From Lama glama (Eukaryota): 64,000 nt of DNA. Shown here piece after piece: positions 26,897 to 38,145 of the stretch. The stretch's first letter is position 1, and the number at the start of each line of letters is the position of its first letter. The position numbers and the translations under genes are program-made. The stretch is taken from positions 62,250,001 through 62,314,000 of the forward strand of contig CM052817.1 in NCBI GenBank assembly GCA_028534125.1. Reading direction: 5' to 3'. Below the pieces are notes generated by a model. It saw only the letters and a list, made by a program, of their open reading frames with translations, was not told the origin of the DNA and searched no databases.

Positions 26897-27263
26897 CACA
26901 GTGGATGCTGTTGGTCCTTGTTCTGATCTTCTTTACTGGCCCAGTGCACGCATCCCCCAGCTGCTGTGATGTTGGCGGCTACAGGCTCACAGCTGTCCCT
27001 TTCCCTGAAGAACTGTCTTTGGCTGAACCAGGGACTGTCTTGCCTTATACATTTCTTCAGGGTGGGAACAACACTGTAGGACAATTCATGCTCCCTGTCC
27101 GCAAAGCTAAAGCCTGACTCTAGATAAGAGCAGATTTTTGCTTAGTTCCTCCCCTGCCCTATGCTGCTCCCTCACTCCATTTCTCCTGAGAGTATCCTTC
27201 AGTGAATGAAAGGCACAGGAATCCCTGTGTTGGGCTCTTCTCTGAGGGAACCCAGGTAAAGAA
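26897..27263 (+). mobile_element. LTR16C-like ERVL solo LTR
   Basis: GGATGCTGTTGGT...CATCCCCCAGCTGCTG...GGCTCACAGCTG and the 3' end GAGGGAACCCAGGTAAAGA resemble the LTR16 family. Confidence 0.7.
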
Positions 27264-29952
27264 GGTATCAGAGTACCCAACAGTGTTATTGAAATACACT
27301 GAAATTTACTAGAAAATTGTCCTATGAATGAGGGGCCCTTTAATTTCTTGTGCTTTGCTCTGATCCCTGGTGTTGCTCAAAATTAGAAACTATGCAAGAC
27401 TTTTCAGTCTTTAAATAGAACAATTATGAGGACATGTGGCTTGGAATATAGGCTCTTTGCTGCTGCAGACTCTAATATAGATATAAATCCACTATCAAGA
27501 GAGGAAGAAAGAAGAGGTTAAGATGAAAATACTGAAGTCATTTTAAGAATTCTGCTTAGAATTGGGAATTGCAGTAGCCCTTTGTGCTGAAGGTTAATGG
27601 TGATAACAGAACCCACTGTGATTTTGGAGGTTGACTCTCAACTCTGAACCTTAAACAACTAATTGAAAATACAGAACACTTTCTTTACTCCATGGGCAAA
27701 AATAAAAACAAAAAACAAAAAAATTATAGTTTTTTTGGTAGATGATTTTTCACGTTAGTAACTTCTTGGTAATGATGTTGTTAAAATTTTAATAGAACAT
27801 CTCTTTCTCTCCCTCCTCCTCCTCTTTTCCCCTTCTTTCTATCCCCCTGCCACTCTCACCCTCTCTTGTTCCCCTCTCATGCACACCTGTGGATGCTTTC
27901 ACTCTCATACCTTCTTTCAGAATGGCTTTCATCTAGCCTTGTCTGTTTTTACTGAAAGAAATATTAACATTACACTTTAAAAATGATTATTTAAAGTCCC
28001 TGGCCATTTACAACGTACCAACATATGAACAATTGAGGCTTTTCTTGGTTTTTAATTATTTTATGAAAAGTGTATTTTCTAAAAATTGTTCTGCATATAA
28101 ATTAATATCTGGAAATCAAATATATAACCTATGCCATAATAAAACCCTTAAGTAATATCTTTTTTCACATGCATTTGTTCAGGCAGGGACTATTTGTAGA
28201 TGATCTGAGAAAACTGAATATGATTTAGTATATAATATTAAATTATTCCAGAAATAAATTACTGGAAGAAATTTGGTCATTTTTTTCCTTAGAAAAAAAT
28301 GCACACTTCTGACATTTATTTTCAGTTTGATATTCATTAAGTTGAATTACATAATTTGTAACTGCCAGTTTTCTCATTCACCATGCCAAGACCAAATTGA
28401 ATGATGAAATTAAATAGAAAATTATATTTACTTTTACATAATTTTACCCATTTTGTTTTCCCTTGCATTCTGTAATATATAAAGATGAATAGGAACTTTT
28501 GAAAATAAACAATTATTTTGTCCTAGAGTCCACATTTTTAATCAAGTATTCCGGAAAATGTATGCAGACCCAAGTACCTTTCTTTCATGTTCCCCATTGG
28601 TGTTTCTACTTAGGGCGCCAAGACAGAGAGGAGAATCATTGCTTTATCAGGCTACCTAATAAAAGGTACCCAGATTATCAAAAAGGAGCATATACTTTTA
28701 AAATTTTTTCTGAAAATAGTTTTTTAAGTGCAGCTTCCTCAATGACTCAAGGAATCTCAATTTCATGTTGTTCCATTTTTAGTCATTTATCCAAAGAGAT
28801 AATGACTGTTTAGGTTCAAATATTTACATATTGTTCATGTGTACATTTCTATCATGTTTTCACCATTCTGGACTTTGGAGTTTGTTATAGTAACTAACTA
28901 ATATAACCTGGACAAGTACAGTGAGTCAGTTAATTATAAAAAATTAAAAGGATAAGTCTTGAATTTTACTCTCACGTTTAAATCTTACTTGAAATAACTC
29001 CCATATTTTTGTCTTGAATTCATTGGAGTAACTTAGAACAATGACACAACAAAGCATCAGTACACCTATGGGTATATTTCATATTCTGTATTTGAAGGTG
29101 GTGTGATCTGTAAATAATCTAGATATTTCTTTCTAGGTTGGGTATCTAGAGGCCTGGGAGGCTCTGTGACTTTGGGAAAGTTTACTTTGGGGGCCTCAGT
29201 TTCTTGATCCATCTCAACATTTTGGGGGGTTGATAGAGACTCCTGTATCCTTCAGCTTGTCTGAAAGGCTAAGAACCCATCTTGGCATTGCTAATAGAAC
29301 AGTTTTATATGATTCCCTGTGGTCCAGGCACTGGCGATGTCTGGGTTAGTGACTCCTGTGGGAGTAGAGCTTCTTCATTATGAAGTCAGCATGTTCCAAA
29401 AGCTCTTTATAAATCATTTCTATTAAAGATGCAGGCATTGGCAGCTATGCAAGACAAAAATACCTACAGTTAGGTTTGTAATTTAGGTTTGAAGGTAAAT
29501 AGGGCAGACAGTGTCAAGAAATGGGAAATTGATTTTAAAAAGTCTCCTCTTTTTGTTCCCTTATGCATTCTGGACAATTAAGGCATTTATCGAATGCTCC
29601 CACTATTAATTCCATCACTTTCATTGATGGAGGAAAGTGTTTACTGTGAGGAGATTAGGCAGGTAGGTTGATTGTACTTTACTCTGGTGAGTTCCAGTCA
29701 CAATGTTGCTTTAATCAGCATTTGAAGAAGGAAGGGGTTTAAAAAAAGAATGGAAGTAAGTGTGTGTATGTGTGTGTGTTTGAGGGGGTGTGTATTTGTG
29801 TTTGGTTTTCTGTTGAAGTTTTCGAAATTAATAAGTGAAGCAATGTTTTGGGTCATTGAGTGTATTGTAATGGTGATTGTAGTGTTGATGAAATAATCTT
29901 AAGTCTATTTCATGGCCCATAAAGGGGAGAAATCATTTAATCACTCTGGAAT

Positions 29953-30151
29953 GACAAGGTGGTATGATGGCCTGAAGGGAGATCTCTGGTTTTTGCCTTC
30001 AGATGGATTCTCACTTCTCTGGGGGATTCAAACCCTTGCTGGCCTTGCTCTAGAGCCAAGCACCCAGTCCACTTGTGAGTGGGTTCAGGTGTCAGTCACC
30101 ACTCTCCGAGTTTTTTTTTTCCTTAACCAGCTGCTAGCAGCTTAACCTTAT
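29953..30151 (-). repeat. 199-bp contig-end sequence, copy 2
   Basis: GACAAGGTGGTATG...GCTAGCAGCTTAACCTTAT, ending exactly at gap 2. Confidence 0.97.
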
Positions 30152-30651
30152 NNNNNNNNNNNNNNNNNNNNNNNNNNNNNNNNNNNNNNNNNNNNNNNNN
30201 NNNNNNNNNNNNNNNNNNNNNNNNNNNNNNNNNNNNNNNNNNNNNNNNNNNNNNNNNNNNNNNNNNNNNNNNNNNNNNNNNNNNNNNNNNNNNNNNNNNN
30301 NNNNNNNNNNNNNNNNNNNNNNNNNNNNNNNNNNNNNNNNNNNNNNNNNNNNNNNNNNNNNNNNNNNNNNNNNNNNNNNNNNNNNNNNNNNNNNNNNNNN
30401 NNNNNNNNNNNNNNNNNNNNNNNNNNNNNNNNNNNNNNNNNNNNNNNNNNNNNNNNNNNNNNNNNNNNNNNNNNNNNNNNNNNNNNNNNNNNNNNNNNNN
30501 NNNNNNNNNNNNNNNNNNNNNNNNNNNNNNNNNNNNNNNNNNNNNNNNNNNNNNNNNNNNNNNNNNNNNNNNNNNNNNNNNNNNNNNNNNNNNNNNNNNN
30601 NNNNNNNNNNNNNNNNNNNNNNNNNNNNNNNNNNNNNNNNNNNNNNNNNNN
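30152..30651. other. Assembly gap (500 N)
   Basis: Exactly 500 N. Confidence 0.99.
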
Positions 30652-31750
30652 ACCCCACAACACCCCCATTCCAGGGAAAAGCTGAGCTGTCTCCCCTGAA
30701 CCAACCGAACTGGGCAAGACTCAGGTGGGCACTCAGCTTGGCCGTAAGGTTGGGGACGCAGATGACCCGAGAAAGACCTAGGAGGAGGGCTCCCTCCTCT
30801 CCATCTCCCTTCCACCCAGCTTCCCGAGCTCAGAAGGCTAGGATCTGCTTCTATCACCTCAAACTCGAGGAGTAAGAAGGAAGCTAGGCAATTAGGCCCC
30901 CACGCTTCCCCTCCTCCCCTCCTACCCTCAACTCCTGGCCAAGCTTAGGCCTTTCCCGGTTTTGCCCAGAGCACTTATTTTTAAGGCTCAGACGCATTAA
31001 ATTAAAATGTCAGAGTTATAAAGTGGCTGATTACCCCGGGGAGTTTCGGATTTGGTTTGAACGACCAGTCCGTTTCCTCAGAGCTCCGGGGTTTTAAGTT
31101 TCTCCGTCCCCTGCTGGGAGGGAGACGCGGAGAGGCTAAGAGTGAGGAGGCGTGCACAACCGGGGCCTGCCGCGGGCTGGGTCCGCGGATCCGGGTGCGC
31201 GGTGCATCTCCACAGCGCCCCGGGCAGCTGCCGAGGGGCACCTGCGATTGTGGGTCCCCGGCTGTAATGGACACATATCCTTAGCTCGGCGCCCTTCGGC
31301 ATCTGACGTGCTCAGAGACTCACCGTAGATCCCTCAATCCTAGAGGCGGCACAGCGTGGGGAGCCTCTGCGCATCAGGGTGCATCTACGGCGTGCCACAC
31401 AGCTACCCGCACCCAGAGTCTCTCCAAACCTCAGTGTGCACAACATGCAACAACGTGTGCGTGTGGAGCAGAAAGTGCAAAAGACACCCAAGGAGCCCCC
31501 ATGCCCAGAGGCAGGCTTGTGTCCACACCCCGTGCGTCTCTGGCCCATCCGTGCCCATCTCGGAAGATAGATTTAAACTAATAATAACCAAAGCTTCGCG
31601 ACTAGTTGGGGAAGTAGAATTTAAAGTGGTTTCCAGTTAAGAGAAACGAGGCGGGTTAAGGAAGCCAGGAGAACCGGGGAAGAGGAGAGGAAGCAAGAAG
31701 GAAGGAAGAAGCGAAGGGAGGTGGCCGCGGAGCTTGGCGGACCCCCTTAC

Positions 31751-31874
31751 CTTGAGCCGCCGAGCCGGTGCCGCTGGCGCTGAGCAGGGCCAGGGCAGGT
31801 AGCACGAGCATTTGCAGCACGTACCCCAGTCCGAGTCCGCAACGGGCCGCTGTCGCCCGCAGACCTTTCCTCAT
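31751..31874 (-). CDS. UNC5C: Netrin receptor UNC5C, coding part of exon 1 (signal peptide; 41 codons + 1 nt)
   Basis: ATG at 31874-31872 (context TCGACG-ATG-A, A at -3) translates MRKGLRATAARCGLGLGYVLQMLVLPALALLSASGTGSAAQ, which I recognise as the mammalian UNC5C N-terminus. It ends at the canonical donor CAAG|GTAAGG (intron starts 31750, phase 1), consistent with the next residue being Asp. Confidence 0.97.
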
Positions 31875-32250
31875 CGTCGACAGAGGTGTGTCGGGGGCAA
31901 CTACACACAGAGGCGCGCCAACAGCGGAAAGCCCCACCGGGCAGCAGTTGAATCGTGCACCGCGAAACTGAAGAAATAATGATGACCGAGCGCGACACTC
32001 CACTTTCTCCAAGGGCAGGGGCCAAACGAGGGTGGAGAGGAGACGCTGAGGAGGAGTTTGGAGGTTCCTCTTTCCCTATGCCTTCTAACTGGCGGCTCCG
32101 TGAGCGGCTGCTCTGCCCCCACTTGGGAAGTCCGGGGAGGCGCAAGGCGGACACCTCGCCGCTCTCCCAGCAGCAGGAGCAGCCGCAGCTCCGCCGTGCG
32201 CCGAGCCTGGACTGCTCTTCTGGTCCCCTCGCCTGTGCGGAACACACACA
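31875..32250 (-). other. UNC5C: UNC5C exon 1 5' UTR (upstream limit/TSS approximate)
   Basis: GC-rich sequence contiguous with the start codon, inside the CpG island and with no upstream ATG. The TSS cannot be fixed from sequence alone. Confidence 0.6.
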
Positions 32251-33849
32251 GGCACCGGGAGTGGGGGGGGTTGAGGGGGTAAAGGAGGCGGGGGGGGGGG
32301 GCGGAGGGAGAGGAAGAGACAGCGGGAGGAGGAGGGAGCGAGGGGAGGGAGTTGTGCACAGTGAAGAGCCTTCGTCTCCAATCTGTGTTCTCAAGCGGGC
32401 GGAGAGGCGTCCCGGCTGCTGCCGCTGCTGGGTGGCCAAGGAGTGTCACCTCCTAGTGCGGGGCACAAGGGCGCGCGGAGGCGCTCGTCGAGGAGGCGCG
32501 GAGAGCCCAACCCAACTCCGCTGGGGGGTGAGGCGGCGGGAGCGCGCTCGCCGGCGTTATGTAAGCAAGGATTGGCGGGAGCAGCGTGCCCAGAGCCGGA
32601 GGTGGAGAGCGGCTGCTGGTTTATCCGCGGAAGCTGAGGCGAAAGAGACCCGAGAAGAGATGGATTCAGACAGTGCGAACGCGTCTGCCTCCCGCGGTGC
32701 TCCAGACCTGGACTCAGAGAGCGCAGCGGGAGCGCCCCGAGCCACTTGGCTATGTCCGGCGGAGCTCAGCCTGCTGCCTGCCAGCTTCGCCACGGCGCCA
32801 CCAGAGCCTGAGCCAGACTCCCCTGGACTAGACTCGCTCTACGACTTCGGGTCTTGCGATTGATTAAGCCGGGTTCGGTCTTGAGCCGAAGTCCTGCGTG
32901 GCAAGAAAAAGGGCATAAATCTTTTGCAGTGTCCCAACCCGCTGCAGTCTTGGGGTTGTCAGCACCACTAAGACTGCTTTATGCTCTGGGCGCCTGTGAC
33001 CTCTCTAGTGGAACAGAGACTAAAAGCTGAAGGAAAACTCTTCAACATACCTTTATTTGCGTGCATCTTTGGTGGCTGGCAAGGCTGAGTATGTAAAGGG
33101 TGGTAAGATGACACCAGGAGAAACTCCCAGAAACAATGCACAACAAAACTTACAGATACTCACGTAAAGTGATGGTGGAACCTATGACATGTTTTCCAGA
33201 TTCCTAACGGTGTAAGGACTGAAACTGCTATGAATTTTTATTTTTATTTTTCTTCAGGAAAGAATTGTCTGTGTAGCTGGGTTGTGGATCCTGTTGTAAT
33301 GATGAAGGGAGAATGTAAGAATGGGTGGATAAAATTAGGAGAGGCTGGACAAAAGGAAAGTGGATGGATTAAATTTCAGTACACACTGGCACACTGACCT
33401 GGCTAGAAGGAAAGCACTTCCCAAGATTAGTACATTTCTAAAATAATAATAAATAATATATCAGGGAAATTTTAAGCTCTTGGTGCCAACAGGGTAAGGT
33501 ATAAACACACACACAGGCAGGAAGCTTGTGGTCTGATCTTGGCTGTGGTCCTAAGTCATTCTGTTTTCCTTGACAGATCAGGTAAACTGCATGTCTCAGT
33601 TACTTCATCTGTGAAATATTTTATTAGATGGTTTCAAAGTTCCATGATTATGCCTGCCAAGCTCCATCTAAACCTCTAGCCAATAAGACTTGTCTTGGAT
33701 GAGACTGGTAGAACTGAAAAGGTCATTGTTGGCAAAGACATTGACAAATCTAGCCATTTATTTCTGTGGAGGCACAGGCTGCCATACTAAAATCACTTCT
33801 TCATCCTCTTCAGCTTCCCCATATTTTGGTCAGAAGTTAAGAAGTTCCT

Positions 33850-34045
33850 GTGTCAGACTGGGTTTAATTCTTAGCATTTCTTAATAGTAGCTGACTCAGC
33901 AAAAAAATAAAGCTCGATGGCTCAGTTTCTTAATCTGTAAGATGGCCCTAGTTGCAGTTACTATCTTTGGGATTTTGTCAAAAATAAATGAGTTCGACAT
34001 ATGTAAAGTAACTGAAACATGAAATTGTTAGCTGCTATTCTTACC
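33850..34045 (+). mobile_element. MIR SINE
   Basis: GTCAGACTGGGTTTAATTC...CTCAGTTTCTTAATCTGTAAGATGG...TAAATGAG...ATGTAAAG. Confidence 0.6.
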
Positions 34046-34084
34046 ATTTATAAAAGATTCCTCTCAGATGCATGACAGCTAGAC

Positions 34085-34267
34085 CAGTGCTGTCCAACAG
34101 AACATTCCACAGTGAGAAACATGTTTGTATCCATGTTCTCCAAAATGGTAGTCATTAGACACATGGGAAATTGAGCACTTACATGTGACTAGTTTAAATT
34201 GGGAATATTTATGTAATGTTTAAATTTTAATTGTCATATGGTTAGGGGCTACCACATTGGACAGTAC
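34085..34267 (+). mobile_element. MER3-like hAT-Charlie MITE
   Basis: Termini CAGTGCTGTCCAA ... TTGGACAGTAC, flanked by the 8-bp direct repeat AGCTAGAC (34077-34084, 34268-34275), the typical hAT target-site duplication length. Confidence 0.85.
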
Positions 34268-34429
34268 AGCTAGACAACTCATAACCTGTCATTTATTTTG
34301 AGGGTGACATCACCAGAAGGCTTATGATTATATTTTATATTTGTCTTCACAATTTTTCCAAGAAAGACAGCAGCTTAAATACTAAGAAAGAAACTTCACA
34401 TATACGTACTATATTAACAACATTTACAA

Positions 34430-34592
34430 GTTACTTGTTTATTCATTTGCAATTTTACTGCCTATCTTCTCTAACTAGAATTTAACTCTTTTTAAGGCAG
34501 AGGCTTTGCCTTGTTTATCATTTCATCCCCAGCTCCTAGCACAGAGCCCAATATATAGTTGGCACTCCATCAGTTAGTACTGGTTGATTGAT
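34430..34592 (+). mobile_element. L2 3' end
   Basis: CTAGAATTTAACTC...GGCAGAGGCTTTGCCTTGTT...ATCCCCAGCTCCTAGCACAG...GGCACTC. Confidence 0.65.
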
Positions 34593-35019
34593 TGCCAAAA
34601 AGGCTCAATAGGGAAGAATCCTCAAAGTCTAGTTAGTTAAATATAATTAAATTGTCACTTAATTCAGTTTGGATGATTGAAGTGCCCAATGATAGACACT
34701 GCATAAAATTAATTCTTTGAAAGAACAAGTAAGAGACAAGAAGGGGAAAAGTAGTTTAATATTGAAATTCAGCCCAAAGAGAGCAGGAGAATGGTTTGAG
34801 AAATGGTATGTAGAGAAACGGAGTGGAAAAGGGAGGGAAGAGTGCACAAGAACAAGTACAGGAAAAGTAGCAAACTGATCAGATTTACTAAGCAAGTGAC
34901 TTTCCTACAATCTATTATTGCAGGTGGAACTTGCCTTGTATATCAACATCCTGTCTAGTTTTTTCTTCATGGAAGAGATAATGCAGTGTTGCATAGACTT
35001 CTGAGCATAGAACTGCTAA

Positions 35020-35348
35020 CTTACTTCACTTAGACCTGGGCTCAAATGTGACTGCTTAAAGAGATCTTCTTTGACCAATTTACCTAAAATAGCACCCACC
35101 ACATCACTTTCAATTGCACTTACTTGCTTTGATTTTCCATATAGCACTTATAAGAACACATACATGTCTATGTTTAAGAATACACAGCTGTATGTGTATA
35201 TGGTATGTGCTCCAATAGAATGTATGCTTTACAAGGGGAGGGATTTTTTTCTTAGTACTTTCACTGGTCTATACCCAGAACCTAGAAAAGTTTCTGGCAC
35301 ATAATAGGTGGCCAATAAACATTTCTTCAATATTGAATGGATGAATGA
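35020..35348 (+). mobile_element. L2a-like 3' end
   Basis: CTCAAATGT...CCATATAGCACTTAT...TAGAATGTATGCTT...CCTAGAAAAGTTTCTGGCACATAATAGG...AATAAACATTT...TGAATGGATGAATG. Confidence 0.75.
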
Positions 35349-36176
35349 GAACCAATAGTTCTTAAAACTGAGTTGAGTCCTTGATTAAAACTTCTTTTTT
35401 CCACTGAGACAAATTTTCAACTTACGAATAGGGTTTTCTAGTTGTTGAATAAAATCAGATTTGGGCAAATTTTCACTAAAAATGAATTTGAATATGACTT
35501 TTTCAGGATTGGAATACTGCAGATGTTTAAGGAGTAGACATAAAATTATCTCATTTTGAAAAATAAAAGCTTCATTTAAATCCATGTACAAGAGTTTCCT
35601 TTTCCTTGGCTGCAGTGAGTGGAGAATTAACTCTGGGATAATAAATCCCAGTGACAGGTGCTAATGGGAATTAAGCATGCAAATCCCCTGCATATCCCTC
35701 CAGAAATCTACACCAAGAAAAGTATGCTATTTAGCATGTATGCTGCTTAGTTACAATATTATTTACTCTAAATTAGTATGAAAAAAAATTCAGCTTAAAG
35801 TTTAAGAGATAAAAAACAATGAATTTCTGATTATATTTTAATTATAGAAATATTTTCATTTTATCTCTCATATGTTTGATTCCCTACTTTTTGTACCTTA
35901 ATATGTTTTTAAAAATAAATCATATCAGAGACATTATTAATTGCCAACATAGAAGAAGGAGAATTTTCTTGACTATAAATAGGATGGTGATGAGGAAATT
36001 CACTAGAAGTTGAGGGCCTATAGACCTCAGGTAGAATTACTGATAGACATCAAGTAAGGAGAGCCAGATGGTCTACATTCAGTTGATTCAATGCCCTTTC
36101 TCTGCCTCAGCCCACAGAAGGGAATTTGGCCTGCCATAAACCTGTACACTCTGGGGCTTCATGCTTTATATTAATT

Positions 36177-36860
36177 GTATTAGACAAGACCCTTCTGTTG
36201 CAAGTGATAGAAACCCAACTCAAACCAGCTTAAGCAAAAAACTCTAATGACAAAAATTAAAATATCCACATTAATAACAGCTAACAGTTATTGATCACAC
36301 ACTGTGTGTCAGGCACTGTTGTAAGCTCTTTACATGTGCTATCTCATTTAATCCTCATTTTGAGGATTAAATTAAAGTATTATTATTATCTTCTTTTCCT
36401 ATGTGAGGAAACAGAGGGGTTAAGTAACTTCGCCCAGTCTGATTTCACGGATCATGTTCTAGATCCAAAAACTTAACTACAACCACTCATGGGACTTAGT
36501 CTCTCCTCAGCTCCCTCCAATCTCTTGGTTTTGGCTTCATTCACAAACCCATGACATCCACACTGGGATGCCTGGAAGTTCCAGGTTTATATTGCCTTTA
36601 ACATTATTAGTATCAGTATAAAAGTCATTCTCATTACCATCTAGCCGACAAAATCCCAGAATTATGTCCCTGGCCTATCTCAGGACATATATCCAAACCT
36701 GAGCCAATCACCATGGCCAAATAATTGAGATATACAGAATGGCAAGGCCTGGATCACATGGGGAGAAGGGATTCCCCAAGAGGAAAATCAATATACTAAG
36801 AAGGAAGATTCATAGATGCTAAGAAAATGGATGTAGGGCAGACAAAATAACTATCCCTGT
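36177..36860 (-). mobile_element. Old MLT1 (K/L-like) MaLR LTR interrupted by a MIR
   Basis: GTTGCAAGTGATAGAAACCCAACTCAAACCAGCTTAAGCAAAAAA at the left end; CCTGAGCCAATCACCATGGCC and GGATGTAGGGCAGACAAAA towards the right end. Confidence 0.65.
36272..36470 (-). mobile_element. MIR SINE
   Basis: TGTGTCAGGCACTGTTGTAAGCTCTTTACATG...CTCATTTAATCCTCA...GAGGAAACAGAGG...GGTTAAGTAACTT. Confidence 0.8.
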
Positions 36861-37017
36861 TCTGTGCTGCACAGAGGGAGAATGAGTTCTTCTCCAGGCT
36901 TGAGTTTTGTGCCACAGCACATCACTGGAGCAAATGAAGAGCATTAATTAAGGAGGACTGAAGAACAGGTGCTAGTCGATTACTTTTTCCATTAACTGAC
37001 TGGGAAAATTGAGTACT

Positions 37018-37087
37018 ATTCAATTCAGTTCTGTTCAATTCACAGCAATTCAATTAAGTTCAACTCAACTCAGTTCAATCCAATTCT
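37018..37087 (+). repeat. Degenerate (TTCAA)n pentamer repeat at the tail of a minus-strand L2
   Basis: TTCAATTCAGTTCTGTTCAATTCA...TTCAACTCAACTCAGTTCAATCCAATTC. Confidence 0.65.
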
Positions 37088-37974
37088 GAAAACTTTTACT
37101 CAGCTCTTGTTATACTGAGGCTTCATTCTAGGATCCCTGGAGAAGAATAGTCATGAATAAGGGTCCTTGTGCACCAAGGGCTTATAGTCTAATGAACAAT
37201 ATAGTTGAACAAACAGAAGAATTTCACATGAATACCAAAATGTGGTGGACACACAAAGATACGAAAACATCTCAGCTAGAGAATATTACCTAGCAGTTAA
37301 GACTTAAGCACTTGTGTATCAGTAATACTAAGCCTAACACAAAAGGTGCATTTATCTCTAACAATAAGAAATCTGAAAGTGGGCAGTCCAGGGCCACTAT
37401 GGACTAAAAGCAGCTCAGTTACCTCTTTTCGTGGCTTGGTTCCATATTCCATAATGTGACATTTCATTCTAATTTCTTGATGGCTTTCCCACTTCCCAGG
37501 CAGGAAGAAGAAGGTCCCAGGGGATGCAGCCAGCATAGGTGCATTCCGAATAACATTTCTGGAATTTCTCAGCCCAGGGAGTTTACATTTTCTCAGTGGC
37601 CTGTCAAACGGCCCTTCTAGACTAGTCACATGTAGTGGACAGAAAAAGGGTGTTGAGAATGCTGGACGGATCATCTACGTTGGACACAGTTCTACTGGAC
37701 AGGAGGGACAAGAAGAAGAAGGCACAAAAAGAAAGACATGAAGATAGAAGGTGCAGAATACTTAGAGAATTGGAAGTAGATGGGTAGTTATTCTTCTGTC
37801 TTTAGTTGAGTAAAAGGGAGGAGTGTTTTCTATCACGCTGGGAAATAAAAGGATGGAACAGACTATATTCTTCAGTTCACTAGAGAGTATTCATTGAAAA
37901 TTTGGGAAATGCATAGCACTGAGATAGCATCTTCTCCTGAAGGACTTTATCGTTGTGGTGTAGAGATATTTACA

Positions 37975-38145
37975 AAAAAGAAGAAATGGAGCAAAAAAGG
38001 TAGGTTGACACAAAAGACTAAGAAGGCAGAAAAGAAAGAGGGAAAGGAGGAAGTAAGAATGCAAGGAACAAAAGAAGGAAGAAAGGGGAAAGGAAAAGAA
38101 GAAAGAGAATAAAAAGGAGAAATAAAGAAAGAGAAAGAAGAAAGT
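37975..38145 (+). repeat. GA-rich polypurine low-complexity tract
   Basis: Runs of AAGG/GAAA. Confidence 0.8.

Larger units (their letters stand above)
1..31750 (-). other. UNC5C: UNC5C intron 1 (partial; exon 2 lies outside the window)
   Basis: Begins at the donor GTAAGG at 31750. No ORF resembling the following UNC5C Ig-domain sequence appears in the ORF track. UNC5C is known to have a very large first intron. Confidence 0.88.
31030..32900. promoter_or_regulatory. CpG island / UNC5C promoter
   Basis: Abrupt switch to high GC and dense CpG in an otherwise CpG-poor window, spanning exon 1. GC box GGGCGG at 32397-32402; CCAAT at 32378-32382 (+) and 32571-32575 (-). No obvious TATA box. Confidence 0.93.

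Noticed and set aside
11163..30151. The 199-bp inverted pair read as terminal inverted repeats of a giant transposon or invertible segment
   Set aside because: Both copies end exactly at gaps, the length equals K-1 for K=200, and there is no transposase, recombinase or target-site duplication. An assembly overlap explains it better.
31656..31750. Continuation of the UNC5C ORF past the donor (GKGVRQAPRPP...)
   Set aside because: Intronic read-through after the canonical GTAAGG donor; no evidence of intron retention.
31002..32831. Many overlapping 60-230 aa ORFs in the CpG island
   Set aside because: Expected from stop-codon scarcity at high GC; mostly non-ATG starts and low-complexity products. 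Only the UNC5C frame has a recognisable product and a donor site.
32959..32978. REST/NRSE-like TCAGCACCAC upstream of the promoter
   Set aside because: Only the left half-site matches; the GGACAG right half is absent at the canonical spacing.
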